Source of the DNA: Pirellulales bacterium
GTDB lineage: Bacteria > Planctomycetota > Planctomycetia > Pirellulales > UBA1268
DNA: 64,000 nt
Reading direction: 5' to 3'
NCBI GenBank assembly: GCA_040397585.1
Contig: JBBAVS010000006.1
Location: 669 to 64,668, forward strand
The position numbers were made by a program, and so were the translations under genes. Shown one piece after another: positions 1 to 10,165 of this stretch; within the stretch, counting starts at the first letter, position 1; the number at the start of each line of letters is the position of its first letter. The notes below the pieces were generated by a model, which ran no database searches, was not told the origin of the DNA, and saw only the letters and a program-made list of their open reading frames with translations.

Positions 1-2367
<2,367 letters not shown>

Positions 2368-2430
2368 GGTGAGGCTCTCCTGGCGGTGAAGGGAAAAGGA
2401 TTACAGCGATCCGGAAGCCAGTGCTACCGA

Positions 2431-2444
2431 GCAAGTATACTTGC
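2431..2444. promoter_or_regulatory. Perfect 14-bp palindrome GCAAGTATACTTGC in the nrdJ/fur-family divergent intergenic region; candidate operator
   Basis: Read directly and self-complementary over all 14 nt. It lies 64-77 nt upstream of the nrdJ ATG and is AT-rich against the GC-rich background. The binding factor is unknown (NrdR-like or Fur-family are guesses). Confidence 0.3.
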
Positions 2445-2796
2445 GTATAGTCATGTCACAACCCGTCATCGGCCCCGGACGGGGTCGATCCTGAGTCATT
2501 CGGCCGGCGGAACCGCCAGGTCGCAGGCGAACGGAGAAAGCAGGTCCTTCTGCATGCTATCGCAAGATGTTGTGGTAGCCGGTCCGGCGACCCCTTCCTG
2601 TGGGCCGGGGCGTGAATGTAGCGGGCGTGCCCGGTGAGTCAAGCGACTTTCCGGGCAGGTGGCCGACGGGCCGAAAAACGGGTTTCAGGGACGGTTCGGG
2701 GCACCGTGAGGGACGACTGCACATCCCCTACCCGGGAGGGGTTGTGGTCGCGGCCCCTTCCCGAGCACGCCGCGGCCGCAGGTGTAGACTCTGATC

Positions 2797-3273
2797 ATGA
2801 GCCGCGCCGACGCATCCCGACTCGAGGCTGCCAAGTCCCGCATTCGCGAGGCCGGCCTGCGGTGCACGGCGGCCCGCCTGGCGGTCATGGATCACCTCGG
2901 GTCGGCCGGCGGCCCCCGCACCCACGCCGAGGTCTCGGAGGCGCTCGCCAGCCTCGGGTTCGACCGGGCAACGATCTACCGCAACCTGACCGAGCTCACC
3001 GAGAAGAAACTCCTCAGCCGGGTCGAACTCGGCGATCACGTGTGGCGGTTCGAAATCAAGCGGCCTGGCACCCACGGCGCTCCCGGGGAAGAACATCCCC
3101 ATTTCCTCTGCACCACGTGCGGCGAGATCTCCTGCCTCGACGACGTGCGGGTGGCGATCACACCCAAGCCCCGCCGGCGGGCCGCCCCGTCGGCAACCCG
3201 AGCGACCCGTCCATCCCGCATCCACTCCGTCACGGAGGTGCTGCTCAAGGGCCGCTGCGAGGACTGCGGGTGA
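2797..3273 (+). CDS. Fur-family metalloregulator (Fur/Zur/PerR type)
   Basis: 158 aa. Winged-helix N-terminus (RLAVMDHL...THAEV...ATIYRNLTELTEKKLL) plus HFLCTTCGEISC and GRCEDCG Cys pairs typical of the Fur structural Zn site. Confidence 0.85.
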   Translation: MSRADASRLEAAKSRIREAGLRCTAARLAVMDHLGSAGGPRTHAEVSEALASLGFDRATIYRNLTELTEKKLLSRVELGDHVWRFEIKRPGTHGAPGEEHPHFLCTTCGEISCLDDVRVAITPKPRRRAAPSATRATRPSRIHSVTEVLLKGRCEDCG

Positions 3274-3279
3274 GCCGGC

Positions 3280-4053
3280 TCAGGTCGCCAGCAGATCCTT
3301 CAGCCGGGCAGTGGCGGCCCGGCCGATCGGGAGCGGATCGGTCGTTCCGACGAAGAACACGAGCGTCTGATCCCGCGACTGCCACTGCATCGAGCGGACC
3401 GCCGGCAGCTGCACGATCAGCGAGCGGCTGACGCGGCCAAACGCCGATCCGGGGAGCATCGATTCCCACTCCGCCATCGTCCGGCGGATGATCCGCGGAC
3501 GGCGGTCGCGGGTCTGCACCCGCGTGTAGTTCCGCACGGCCTCCACCCAGACGATGTCGCTGTAGGCCACGGTCTCGAATCCGCGGCCGCCCGCCAGCGA
3601 GAATGTCACCGATTCGGCGGTGTCGCCCGAGGCCTCGCCCGCGTCGTCATCGGCATGCCCCGCGTGGTCCGCGGCCGGCGGCCCCGCCACCCGGCCCCCT
3701 GCCAGCTGGGCTTCGAGCCGCTCGATCGTGACCGCGAGCCGGTCGCGGTCAACCGGCTTGAGCAGATAGTCGACGGCGCCCGCGCGGAAGGCGTCGAGGG
3801 CACGGTCGTCGTGGGCAGTCACGAACACGATGCGCGCCGCCGCCGGAACGCTGGCGACGAGGTCGAAGCCCAGCTGCCCGGGCATGTTGATGTCGAGAAA
3901 CACCACGTCCGGCGCCCGGCCCGCCAGGAAGCGCTCGGCATCGCCCACGTCCCGCGCGGTGCCGATCACCTCCATGCCCGGGAACGATTCCAGCAGCGAC
4001 GCGAGCCGCTCGATGGCCTTCGGTTCGTCATCCACCAACAGCGCCGTGATCAT
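3280..4053 (-). CDS. LytR/AlgR-family response regulator (REC + LytTR DNA-binding domain)
   Basis: MITALLVDDEP...VVFLDINMPG...YLLKP receiver motifs. The C-terminal part (IVWVEAVRNYTRVQT...RVSRSLIVQ) matches the LytTR fold pattern. ATGA start/stop overlap with the upstream kinase. Confidence 0.9.
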   Translation of the reverse strand: MITALLVDDEPKAIERLASLLESFPGMEVIGTARDVGDAERFLAGRAPDVVFLDINMPGQLGFDLVASVPAAARIVFVTAHDDRALDAFRAGAVDYLLKPVDRDRLAVTIERLEAQLAGGRVAGPPAADHAGHADDDAGEASGDTAESVTFSLAGGRGFETVAYSDIVWVEAVRNYTRVQTRDRRPRIIRRTMAEWESMLPGSAFGRVSRSLIVQLPAVRSMQWQSRDQTLVFFVGTTDPLPIGRAATARLKDLLAT

Positions 4054-5204
4054 GGCGTGCTCCCTCGGGACATGTCTTCCGGCCCGGCGACTGGTTCCGC
4101 GATCGGGACGCGAATCCGCACCCGCACCCAGCCGTCTTCCTCACGGTGGTTCACGGCGGCCGCGGGGCCGACGAGCAGCCGCAGCCGCCGCTCGAGCGAC
4201 CGCAGGCCGGTGCCGGTGGACTGCCGGCCACCGGCCGCGATCCAGGCTCCGGTGTTCGCCACCTCGACCACCAGCCAGGCCCCGTCGCGGCGAGCCGCCA
4301 CGTCCACGCGGATTGGCCGCGCGGACGTCTGGCCACCGTACTTGATGGCGTTCTCCACCAGCGGCTGCACCATCACCGGGGGCACCAGCACGCCGCGGGC
4401 GGCAGGATCGCAATCGATCCTCGTCACCAGGCCGTCGCCGAACCGCACCCCCTGCACCGTGAGATACTCCTCGAGGGCGTCGAGCTCCCGGGAGAGGGGC
4501 TCGAGCATGGCCGCGGGCCGCAGCAGGAACCGCAGGTAGTTGGCGAGGGCCTGGGTCAGCGTGTCGATCGCCTCGGGATCGTCGCGGCAGGCCATCACCG
4601 TGTTGAGCGCGTTGAAGAGGAAGTGCGGGCTGATCTGCCCCTGGAGATGCTGCAGTTCGTTGCGGAGCGCGAGCGACTCCGCCTGCAGCGCCCGAAACTC
4701 GGTGGAGTTCCGCTCCCGGATCAGCTGGTAGCCGAAGTACAGGGCGCACCAGTTGGCAAGCAGGCCCAGGTTGATCGCCAGCCGGGCCACGAGTTCGAGC
4801 CGCGTCGGCCCCAGGCCAGTCCGCCCGCCACTCCGATCGATCGCGAACAGGACCAGCGTGATCAGGACCGCCGAGAGGATCGCACCGCCGGCCATGACGC
4901 CGATCTTCGAGACCCCCAGCCTGACGAGGAGCGACTCCTGCCTCGACAGCCAGCGCATCGCGGCGGTCGCGACGAAGCAGAGCACCACCCGCACGAGCAC
5001 GAACGCCAGTGGATCGACGATCGCCGGCCGGAACACGTGGATCACCGTCATCAGCACGCCGAACACCGCCGCCCAGAAGATGGTGTGGGCCAGCCAGAAG
5101 GCCCCCTCCGACAGCGCTCCGCCGAACCGCAAGCCGACCGCCGACAGCCGCCCGGCGGCGGCCGCGGCACGATCGGACTCGGTGATGTTCGCCGTTGAAT
5201 GCAT
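4050..5204 (-). CDS. LytS/YehU-type sensor histidine kinase (multi-TM N-terminus, His_kinase + HATPase_c)
   Basis: ISPHFLFNALNTV H-box typical of LytS-type kinases, LVENAIKYG N-box, and several hydrophobic helices in the first 170 aa. Confidence 0.85.
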   Translation of the reverse strand: MHSTANITESDRAAAAAGRLSAVGLRFGGALSEGAFWLAHTIFWAAVFGVLMTVIHVFRPAIVDPLAFVLVRVVLCFVATAAMRWLSRQESLLVRLGVSKIGVMAGGAILSAVLITLVLFAIDRSGGRTGLGPTRLELVARLAINLGLLANWCALYFGYQLIRERNSTEFRALQAESLALRNELQHLQGQISPHFLFNALNTVMACRDDPEAIDTLTQALANYLRFLLRPAAMLEPLSRELDALEEYLTVQGVRFGDGLVTRIDCDPAARGVLVPPVMVQPLVENAIKYGGQTSARPIRVDVAARRDGAWLVVEVANTGAWIAAGGRQSTGTGLRSLERRLRLLVGPAAAVNHREEDGWVRVRIRVPIAEPVAGPEDMSRGSTP

Positions 5205-5315
5205 GCGTGCACGACGCCGGGCGTGTCCCCCGCGTGTTGTCGTCCCGGTCGCACTACGGTTGCACGCCGCGGCGGCGGCGGCAAGCGACTGGCCGGCAGC
5301 GGCCGGGACCGCGGC

Positions 5316-6425
5316 TCAGTACCAGATCCCGGCACGCACGAGGAACGTGTCCGACGGGCTGAGCCACGGCTGGTCGGACAGGTAATATTCGACCCGCCGG
5401 CCGGTCACCCACCCCCCCTCCACCCGCCACGACAGCCCCAGATCCGCCGGCCGCCGCTCCCAGCCGACCAGGAGCCGGTAGTCGCGGAGCACGATGATCT
5501 GATCCTGCCCGGTCTGCGACTGCATCGCCCACTGGTTGCCGCCGAACTCTGCCGCCAGGTAGAGCCAGTGGCTCGCCTGGGGCCGCTCGCTGATCCGCCA
5601 GGCGAGCCGCGGCCTGGGGAAGATGAGCTCGAACCGCCGGTCATCCGCCGGTGTCCAGAGCAGGCCGCCGGCGGGCAGGATGTTGACGTCGAAGCGGTCG
5701 AGGTAGATGACGCCGGCGACGACCCGCAGATCCTTGCTCGCCTCCCAGGCCCCGAAGCCGTGGCCGGTGATCCGCAGGGCCTGCGAGGAGTCGTTGTGGA
5801 AGTCGCTGTACCACCCTGGCGATACCGCCAGGTCCACGCCCAGCCGCGTGCCGATCTTGCGAAGCCAGCGGGCCTGGATGTAGCCGTCGAAGAGTTCGCC
5901 AGGAATGTCGGCGCCGGCGGGAGCGTCGGTGAGCGTGCCGGCGAATCCCGCGGTGACCAAGAGCGGCGACTCGACCGTCGGCGCCGGCAGCCCGAGGGTG
6001 ATCGTCTTCTCGAGCGTGGTCAGGCCGAGTCCGCCGGCGCCGAACTTTGGCAGTTCGGTCACCTGAAAGAGCGCCTGCTGGAGCATGCCGGGCTTGGCTC
6101 CGGGGGGCAGCTTGCGGCCCGCCGGGGGCTCGAACTCCTGCCGCGGCTGCCCTGGCGGGGCCACGTCGTCGGGCAACAGCGGCTCGGTGAGATCCTGCGG
6201 ATCGCCGAGCGCCGCGAGGCGGATCCGGTCGAAGAATCCCTGCTCCACCGGAGGCAGCGGCCGGACCTCGTCGGTGGCGGGCAGCGGCAGGGGTTCGGCC
6301 CCCTGCGCCGCCGTCGCCGCGAGCACGAGCATGGCGACCACCGCCTGGCGTGCCCGCACGACGGCTCCACCCGGTGCTCGACCGGCCGCGGAGACCGATC
6401 GGCGTGGGGACGACGCAACGCACAT
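5316..6425 (-). CDS. Putative outer-membrane beta-barrel protein, paralog 2 of a tandem pair
   Basis: Start reset to the ATG at 6425 (MCVASS...AMLVLAATAAQGAEP signal-like segment). Shares IYLDR..V..LPA.G..WTP.D..R...FP.PR..W and W.YL..E.GG..W blocks with the upstream gene. Ends in an aromatic residue (GIWY). Confidence 0.7.
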   Translation of the reverse strand: MCVASSPRRSVSAAGRAPGGAVVRARQAVVAMLVLAATAAQGAEPLPLPATDEVRPLPPVEQGFFDRIRLAALGDPQDLTEPLLPDDVAPPGQPRQEFEPPAGRKLPPGAKPGMLQQALFQVTELPKFGAGGLGLTTLEKTITLGLPAPTVESPLLVTAGFAGTLTDAPAGADIPGELFDGYIQARWLRKIGTRLGVDLAVSPGWYSDFHNDSSQALRITGHGFGAWEASKDLRVVAGVIYLDRFDVNILPAGGLLWTPADDRRFELIFPRPRLAWRISERPQASHWLYLAAEFGGNQWAMQSQTGQDQIIVLRDYRLLVGWERRPADLGLSWRVEGGWVTGRRVEYYLSDQPWLSPSDTFLVRAGIWY

Positions 6426-6456
6426 GGTGGTGATGGCTTCCGCCACGACTGCCGAC

Positions 6457-7638
6457 CTAATACGCCAGCCCCAACCGGAACATGATCGTGTCGGGCAGAT
6501 CGACGATCTGCGGCGGGCCATCGACGTAGAACAGCTGCCGGTAGAAGACGTAGCCCACCTCGAAGTTCCCCGAGATGCCGGTCTGCTTGAGCGGCACGAA
6601 CTCGGTGCCCAGGGCGATGCGGATGTCGTTGTAGTCGAACGGCGTGATCATGTTGTAGTTGGAGGTGCTGCGGCGGAACGTCCAGGCGCCGCCGCCATAC
6701 TCTCCCGAGAGGTAGAGCCACCAGGCATGCTGCTGCGTGCCCGCGACCTTCCACGAGGCCCGTGGAGCGGGGAAGAAGATGTCGTAGCGGGAACGGTCGT
6801 TCGGGGTCCACGTGGCGCCGAGGGCCGGCAGCAGCTTCACCTGGTTGCGGTCGAGGTAGATGATGCCCGCCTTGGCCTGCCAGGTGGGCGTCATCTGCAG
6901 CGTGCCGATCGCCCGGCCCATGATGCGCCAGCTCTGCCAGACGAGCACGTCCCAGTTGGTGTAGATGCCGACGCGGATGCCGAGCTCGGCGCCGAACAGC
7001 GGCGTGAACTTCGGATTCCAGGCGGTGTCGATGAACACGTCGTAGGTGCTCGGCGGCAGGTCGGCGAGCTGCGTCGAGGTGGTCTCCGGCCCGTCCCAGA
7101 GCTGGAGGCCGAAGCCGGGCGTGACGAGCAGCGGCGCGTGATTGAGGTTGACGGGCGAGTTGTGGAAGAACGGCAGCGCGAAGGTGGCCGTCGTGTCGAG
7201 TTCGTTGACACCCACGTTGAGGTCGTTGCCGTCGCCCATCAGATACGCCCAGCTGCCGCGCACGCCCTGAAAGACGTGCATGGTCTGCTGGAACGTCTCG
7301 CTCTGCGTCGGATAGCCGGCGGGAAACAGCGACGCCTGCGGGGGCCCGGCCTGCGGGGGCACCAGCGACGGCGCCGCCGCGGAGTAGCCCGGATAGCCTG
7401 GCTGACCGCTGATCGCCGACGGCGCCCAGGTGGAGGCGGACGGGCCCGGCGGGGGAAACACCTGCGCGGACTGCGGCCCGTAGGCGTCCCACGTCGACGG
7501 TGGCGGCGTGAGCGGCGCCTGGGCGATGCGGTCGAGCGACGACGACGCGGGGGGCGGCAGGTACGCCGTCTGCGCGGCCGCCCACGATCCTGCGGTGAGC
7601 AGGACGATCGCGACCACGAGCGACACCAGCGATTTCAT
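6457..7638 (-). CDS. Putative outer-membrane beta-barrel protein, paralog 1 of a tandem pair
   Basis: Track ORF 6457..8547 trimmed to the ATG at 7638. MKSLVSLVVAIVLLTAGSWAAAQ is a clean signal peptide, followed by a Pro/Gln-rich linker and an alternating beta-strand-like C-terminal 250 aa ending in LGLAY. Confidence 0.75.
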   Translation of the reverse strand: MKSLVSLVVAIVLLTAGSWAAAQTAYLPPPASSSLDRIAQAPLTPPPSTWDAYGPQSAQVFPPPGPSASTWAPSAISGQPGYPGYSAAAPSLVPPQAGPPQASLFPAGYPTQSETFQQTMHVFQGVRGSWAYLMGDGNDLNVGVNELDTTATFALPFFHNSPVNLNHAPLLVTPGFGLQLWDGPETTSTQLADLPPSTYDVFIDTAWNPKFTPLFGAELGIRVGIYTNWDVLVWQSWRIMGRAIGTLQMTPTWQAKAGIIYLDRNQVKLLPALGATWTPNDRSRYDIFFPAPRASWKVAGTQQHAWWLYLSGEYGGGAWTFRRSTSNYNMITPFDYNDIRIALGTEFVPLKQTGISGNFEVGYVFYRQLFYVDGPPQIVDLPDTIMFRLGLAY

Positions 7639-7875
7639 GCCGAGGAATGCTCCGCGCCCGCCGCCGGCACCGCCGGCGGATCGGGAGGGACCGGCCCATC
7701 GAGAACGAAAGGTCGTGGGGGGTACCACGCCGGCGCCGCGGGAATCAAGTCCGCACGCCGGCGTCCCACGGCGGCCTTTCCCCCCGACCGCTCGCAGGCC
7801 GTGGCCACAGTGGACCGCCGCACGATGCGGCGGCCGTCGATCCAGGCAACCCGCGGCGTTTCCTGCGATCGACCA

Positions 7876-7908
7876 CGTGGACAAAGGCCGTGGAGGGCGT
7901 TGTCCACG
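7876..7908. promoter_or_regulatory. 9-bp inverted repeat CGTGGACAA-N15-TTGTCCACG between the divergent OMP operon and birA
   Basis: Read directly. An overlapping CCACGTGG palindrome lies at 7873-7880. The repeat sits about 40 nt upstream of the proposed birA start. Confidence 0.3.
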
Positions 7909-7945
7909 GACAGCTAGACTCCGTGGCCTGCGGAGCCTTCCCACC

Positions 7946-8767
7946 TTGCCCACGAACCCTGCACCCACCGCCGACCCGATCGACGAGGCGTGGCTCGGCG
8001 CCGCCGCCGGCCTGGCCACCGTCGAGCAGCTCGCGGAGGCGGTCTCCACCATGGACCGCGCCCGGCAGATCGCCGCCGACCCGCGGTCGCGGCTGCCCGC
8101 CGCGGTGATCGCCGACCGGCAGACCGGCGGCCGCGGCCGGCAGGGGGCCGCATGGTGGCAGCCACCGGGCTGTCTCGCCGTGAGCCTCGTCGTCGATGGG
8201 AAGCCGCTCGGGGGCGCGGCAAAGCCCACCTGGTCGCTCGCCTGCGGCGTGGCGCTCGCCGAGACGATCCGCGAACTCGAGCCGGTGGTGGAGACTCGCG
8301 TCCGCTGGCCGAACGACGTCGAGGTGTCGGGGCGGAAGCTCGCCGGCATCCTCGTCGAGACCGCCGCCGCCGGCCGCGCCGTGTTCGGGATCGGCGTCAA
8401 CACGTCGGGCCGCACGGCGGACGCGCCGGAGCCACTGCGGCCGCGGGTGATCACGCTGCCGGACATCACGGGTCGCATCATGCCCCGCCAGCGGCTCGTG
8501 GCGGCGCTCCTGCCCCGGCTCGTCGCGCTGCTCGAACGCATGGCCACGGAGCCGCGGACGCTCGCCCGCCGCTATCGCCCGCTCTGCAGCCTGACGGGCC
8601 GCCCCGTGCAGGTGTTCGCCGGCGACACGATCCACGCCGGAGTCTGCCGGGGCATCGACGACGACGGCGGCCTCGTCCTCGAGGCCGACGACGGCCGGAC
8701 CGTCGTCCGGTCGGGCAGCCTTACGCCTCCGGGCGGCGAATGGCGCGGCGAGGCCGCGGGGGCGTGA
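7946..8767 (+). CDS. birA: Biotin-[acetyl-CoA-carboxylase] ligase, catalytic-only (class I-like) form
   Basis: ADRQTGGRGRQGAAWW (the GRGRxGRxW biotin-AMP motif), KWPNDV-like RWPNDVEVSGRKLAGILVE, and a C-terminal SH3-like tail. The track ORF 7508.. overlaps the antisense of the OMP gene, so the start must be downstream. TTG 7946 is my choice; CTG 7928 or ATG 8051 are possible. Confidence 0.8.
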   Translation: MPTNPAPTADPIDEAWLGAAAGLATVEQLAEAVSTMDRARQIAADPRSRLPAAVIADRQTGGRGRQGAAWWQPPGCLAVSLVVDGKPLGGAAKPTWSLACGVALAETIRELEPVVETRVRWPNDVEVSGRKLAGILVETAAAGRAVFGIGVNTSGRTADAPEPLRPRVITLPDITGRIMPRQRLVAALLPRLVALLERMATEPRTLARRYRPLCSLTGRPVQVFAGDTIHAGVCRGIDDDGGLVLEADDGRTVVRSGSLTPPGGEWRGEAAGA

Positions 8768-9821
8768 CGCGCCGCCGCGGCCGGAGGGTGGCGACCACAC
8801 AGAGTTCGCGGCCCCCGGTCGAGAGCTGGCGGGCGCGGGGCTCGTAACCCCAGCCCCGAAACGCGTCGAGCCAGGCCGGCAGCTCGGCCGCCCGCGACCA
8901 GTCGGGCAGCTTGAGGGTGGCGATCACGCCGGCCGGCCGCACGCCGCCGCCGAGCGCCCGCGCGAGGGCCCCCATCGTGCTCGCCGGATCGATGTTCATG
9001 TCGGTCAGCAGCCAGTCGCAGCCCTGCATGCGTCGTAGCGGAACCTCGCGGGCCCGCATTCGCCACTGCTCGAACCTGGGATGCGCGGCCACGGCGGGAT
9101 CGACCACCGCGGCATCCACGCCCACGACGGCGAGGCCCGCCTCCAAGAGCCGCAGGCAGGCACCGCCGGGAGCGGCGCCGAGTTCGATCGCCCGCTCGCC
9201 GGGGCGAAGCACGAGACCGAAGGTCGCGATCGCCTCGTCGAGCTTCAGCCAGGCGCGCGACACCTTGCCCGGCGGGAGCGGCTGCGGGTACGCGCCTCCC
9301 GGCCAGCAGCTCGCCGCCGTCGCGGCACGGTGCCAGCCCACCCACCAGCGGTCGGACGAGTCGATCGCGCAGTCGAGCACGAGGTCGCCGGGCCGCGCCA
9401 CCGGATCGGCGGGCAGCACGACGCCACAGGCCGCGGCGAGTGCCGCGCGGACGTCGGCCGCGTTCACCTCGAGCCGTTCGTCGCGCTTCCAGACGTGGAT
9501 CGCGTTCCACGGCACAGACCCCGTGACCGCCTGGGTCTGGGCCGCGAGTTCGGCGACCGATCCTCCCGCCACCTGGCCGAGCGACCGCACCACCGTGTGG
9601 GCGAAGACGAGATCCGGGGCGAAGTCGTCGGGCGGATCGAAGTCCGCCGGGCCGATCCGAAACGTCGCCAGCCCGCGCCGCCAGACGCCCCGCGAAAACG
9701 CCGGCAGCACGGCGGCCTGTCGCGCGGCGAGCACCGCCTCCGCCTCGGGGTGGCACGGGCAGAGGATGAAGCCCCCCCGGGCAGACGGCGGGGGGAACAC
9801 GGTCGATTCCGGGGTGGGCAT
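8721..9821 (-). CDS. RlmM-like SAM-dependent rRNA 2'-O-ribose methyltransferase (THUMP-like N-domain + FtsJ-type MTase)
   Basis: KVSRAWLKLDEA (SRxxxKLxEA motif), LGAAPGGA SAM-binding loop, DWLLTDM. ATG 9821 chosen; GTG 9839 is an alternative. The 3' end overlaps the birA 3' end by 47 nt (convergent). Confidence 0.7.
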   Translation of the reverse strand: MPTPESTVFPPPSARGGFILCPCHPEAEAVLAARQAAVLPAFSRGVWRRGLATFRIGPADFDPPDDFAPDLVFAHTVVRSLGQVAGGSVAELAAQTQAVTGSVPWNAIHVWKRDERLEVNAADVRAALAAACGVVLPADPVARPGDLVLDCAIDSSDRWWVGWHRAATAASCWPGGAYPQPLPPGKVSRAWLKLDEAIATFGLVLRPGERAIELGAAPGGACLRLLEAGLAVVGVDAAVVDPAVAAHPRFEQWRMRAREVPLRRMQGCDWLLTDMNIDPASTMGALARALGGGVRPAGVIATLKLPDWSRAAELPAWLDAFRGWGYEPRARQLSTGGRELCVVATLRPRRRVTPPRPRRAIRRPEA

Positions 9822-9850
9822 GGCCAGAAATCGTACCACCGAAACGAATC

Positions 9851-9886
9851 AGGCCGGCCCGGGCGCCCAAGGGCCCGGGCCGGCCT
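9851..9886. terminator. Strong GC hairpin (14-bp perfect stem AGGCCGGCCCGGGC / GCCCGGGCCGGCCT, 8-nt loop); candidate terminator
   Basis: Read directly. Followed by TTTCTCGTCT on the + strand and GATTCGTTTC on the - strand, so there is only a weak U-tract on either strand. It lies downstream of the micro-ORF at 10103-10165 and just upstream of the rlmM-like start. Confidence 0.4.
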
Positions 9887-10102
9887 TTCTCGTCTGAGCG
9901 TGGACGCCCCGATCAGCCGCACCGGAGGCGAACCTCCGAATGCGAGAGGCCGGAGCGAAGGGAAGCAGGTCTCACGAGACGACCCGCCGGATCCCGCAAG
10001 GGATCCCGGCATCGAATCCGCGTCGGAGTGACTCCCCGAAGTGAACCCTCGACGGGCGAACCCTAGAAGGGCGAACCCCGGAGCGACTCCCCGACGTCAG
10101 AT

Positions 10103-10165
10103 TCAGCCGTGGCCCTTCTTCTTCTTGGCGACCTTCTTGGCAGCCTTCTTCTTCTTCTTGGCCAT
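10103..10165 (-). CDS. 20-aa lysine-rich micro-ORF MAKKKKKAAKKVAKKKKGHG
   Basis: Found by reading the minus strand; too short for the ORF track. AAGGAG lies 8 nt upstream of the ATG, and 19 of 20 sense codons end in G/C. The opposite-strand ORF 10041..10298 is a competing reading. Confidence 0.4.
   Translation of the reverse strand: MAKKKKKAAKKVAKKKKGHG

Noticed and set aside
2368-2640. Cobalamin riboswitch in the nrdJ leader (GCCAGGAGAGCC resembles part of a B12 box)
   Set aside because: The match is only the Shine-Dalgarno region. No GGTGC/GCCACTG-type conserved core is visible, and B12 riboswitches normally repress B12-independent RNRs, not nrdJ.
6457-8547. 696-aa ORF taken at face value; likewise 27842..30631 (929 aa), 13420..15111 (563 aa) and 15108..16898 (596 aa)
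   Set aside because: In each case only the C-terminal part has protein-like sequence, beginning at an internal ATG with a signal peptide or a canonical N-terminus. The upstream extension overlaps a neighbouring real gene or a repeat element. The starts were reset.
8721-8767. Convergent 3' overlaps as something functional (birA/rlmM-like 47 nt; also 31627-31637 and 50599-50624)
   Set aside because: The overlapping tails are Arg/Pro-rich, poorly gene-like extensions. The real stops may be as annotated, but such overlaps are common where stop codons are rare in GC-rich DNA. There is no evidence of antisense regulation.
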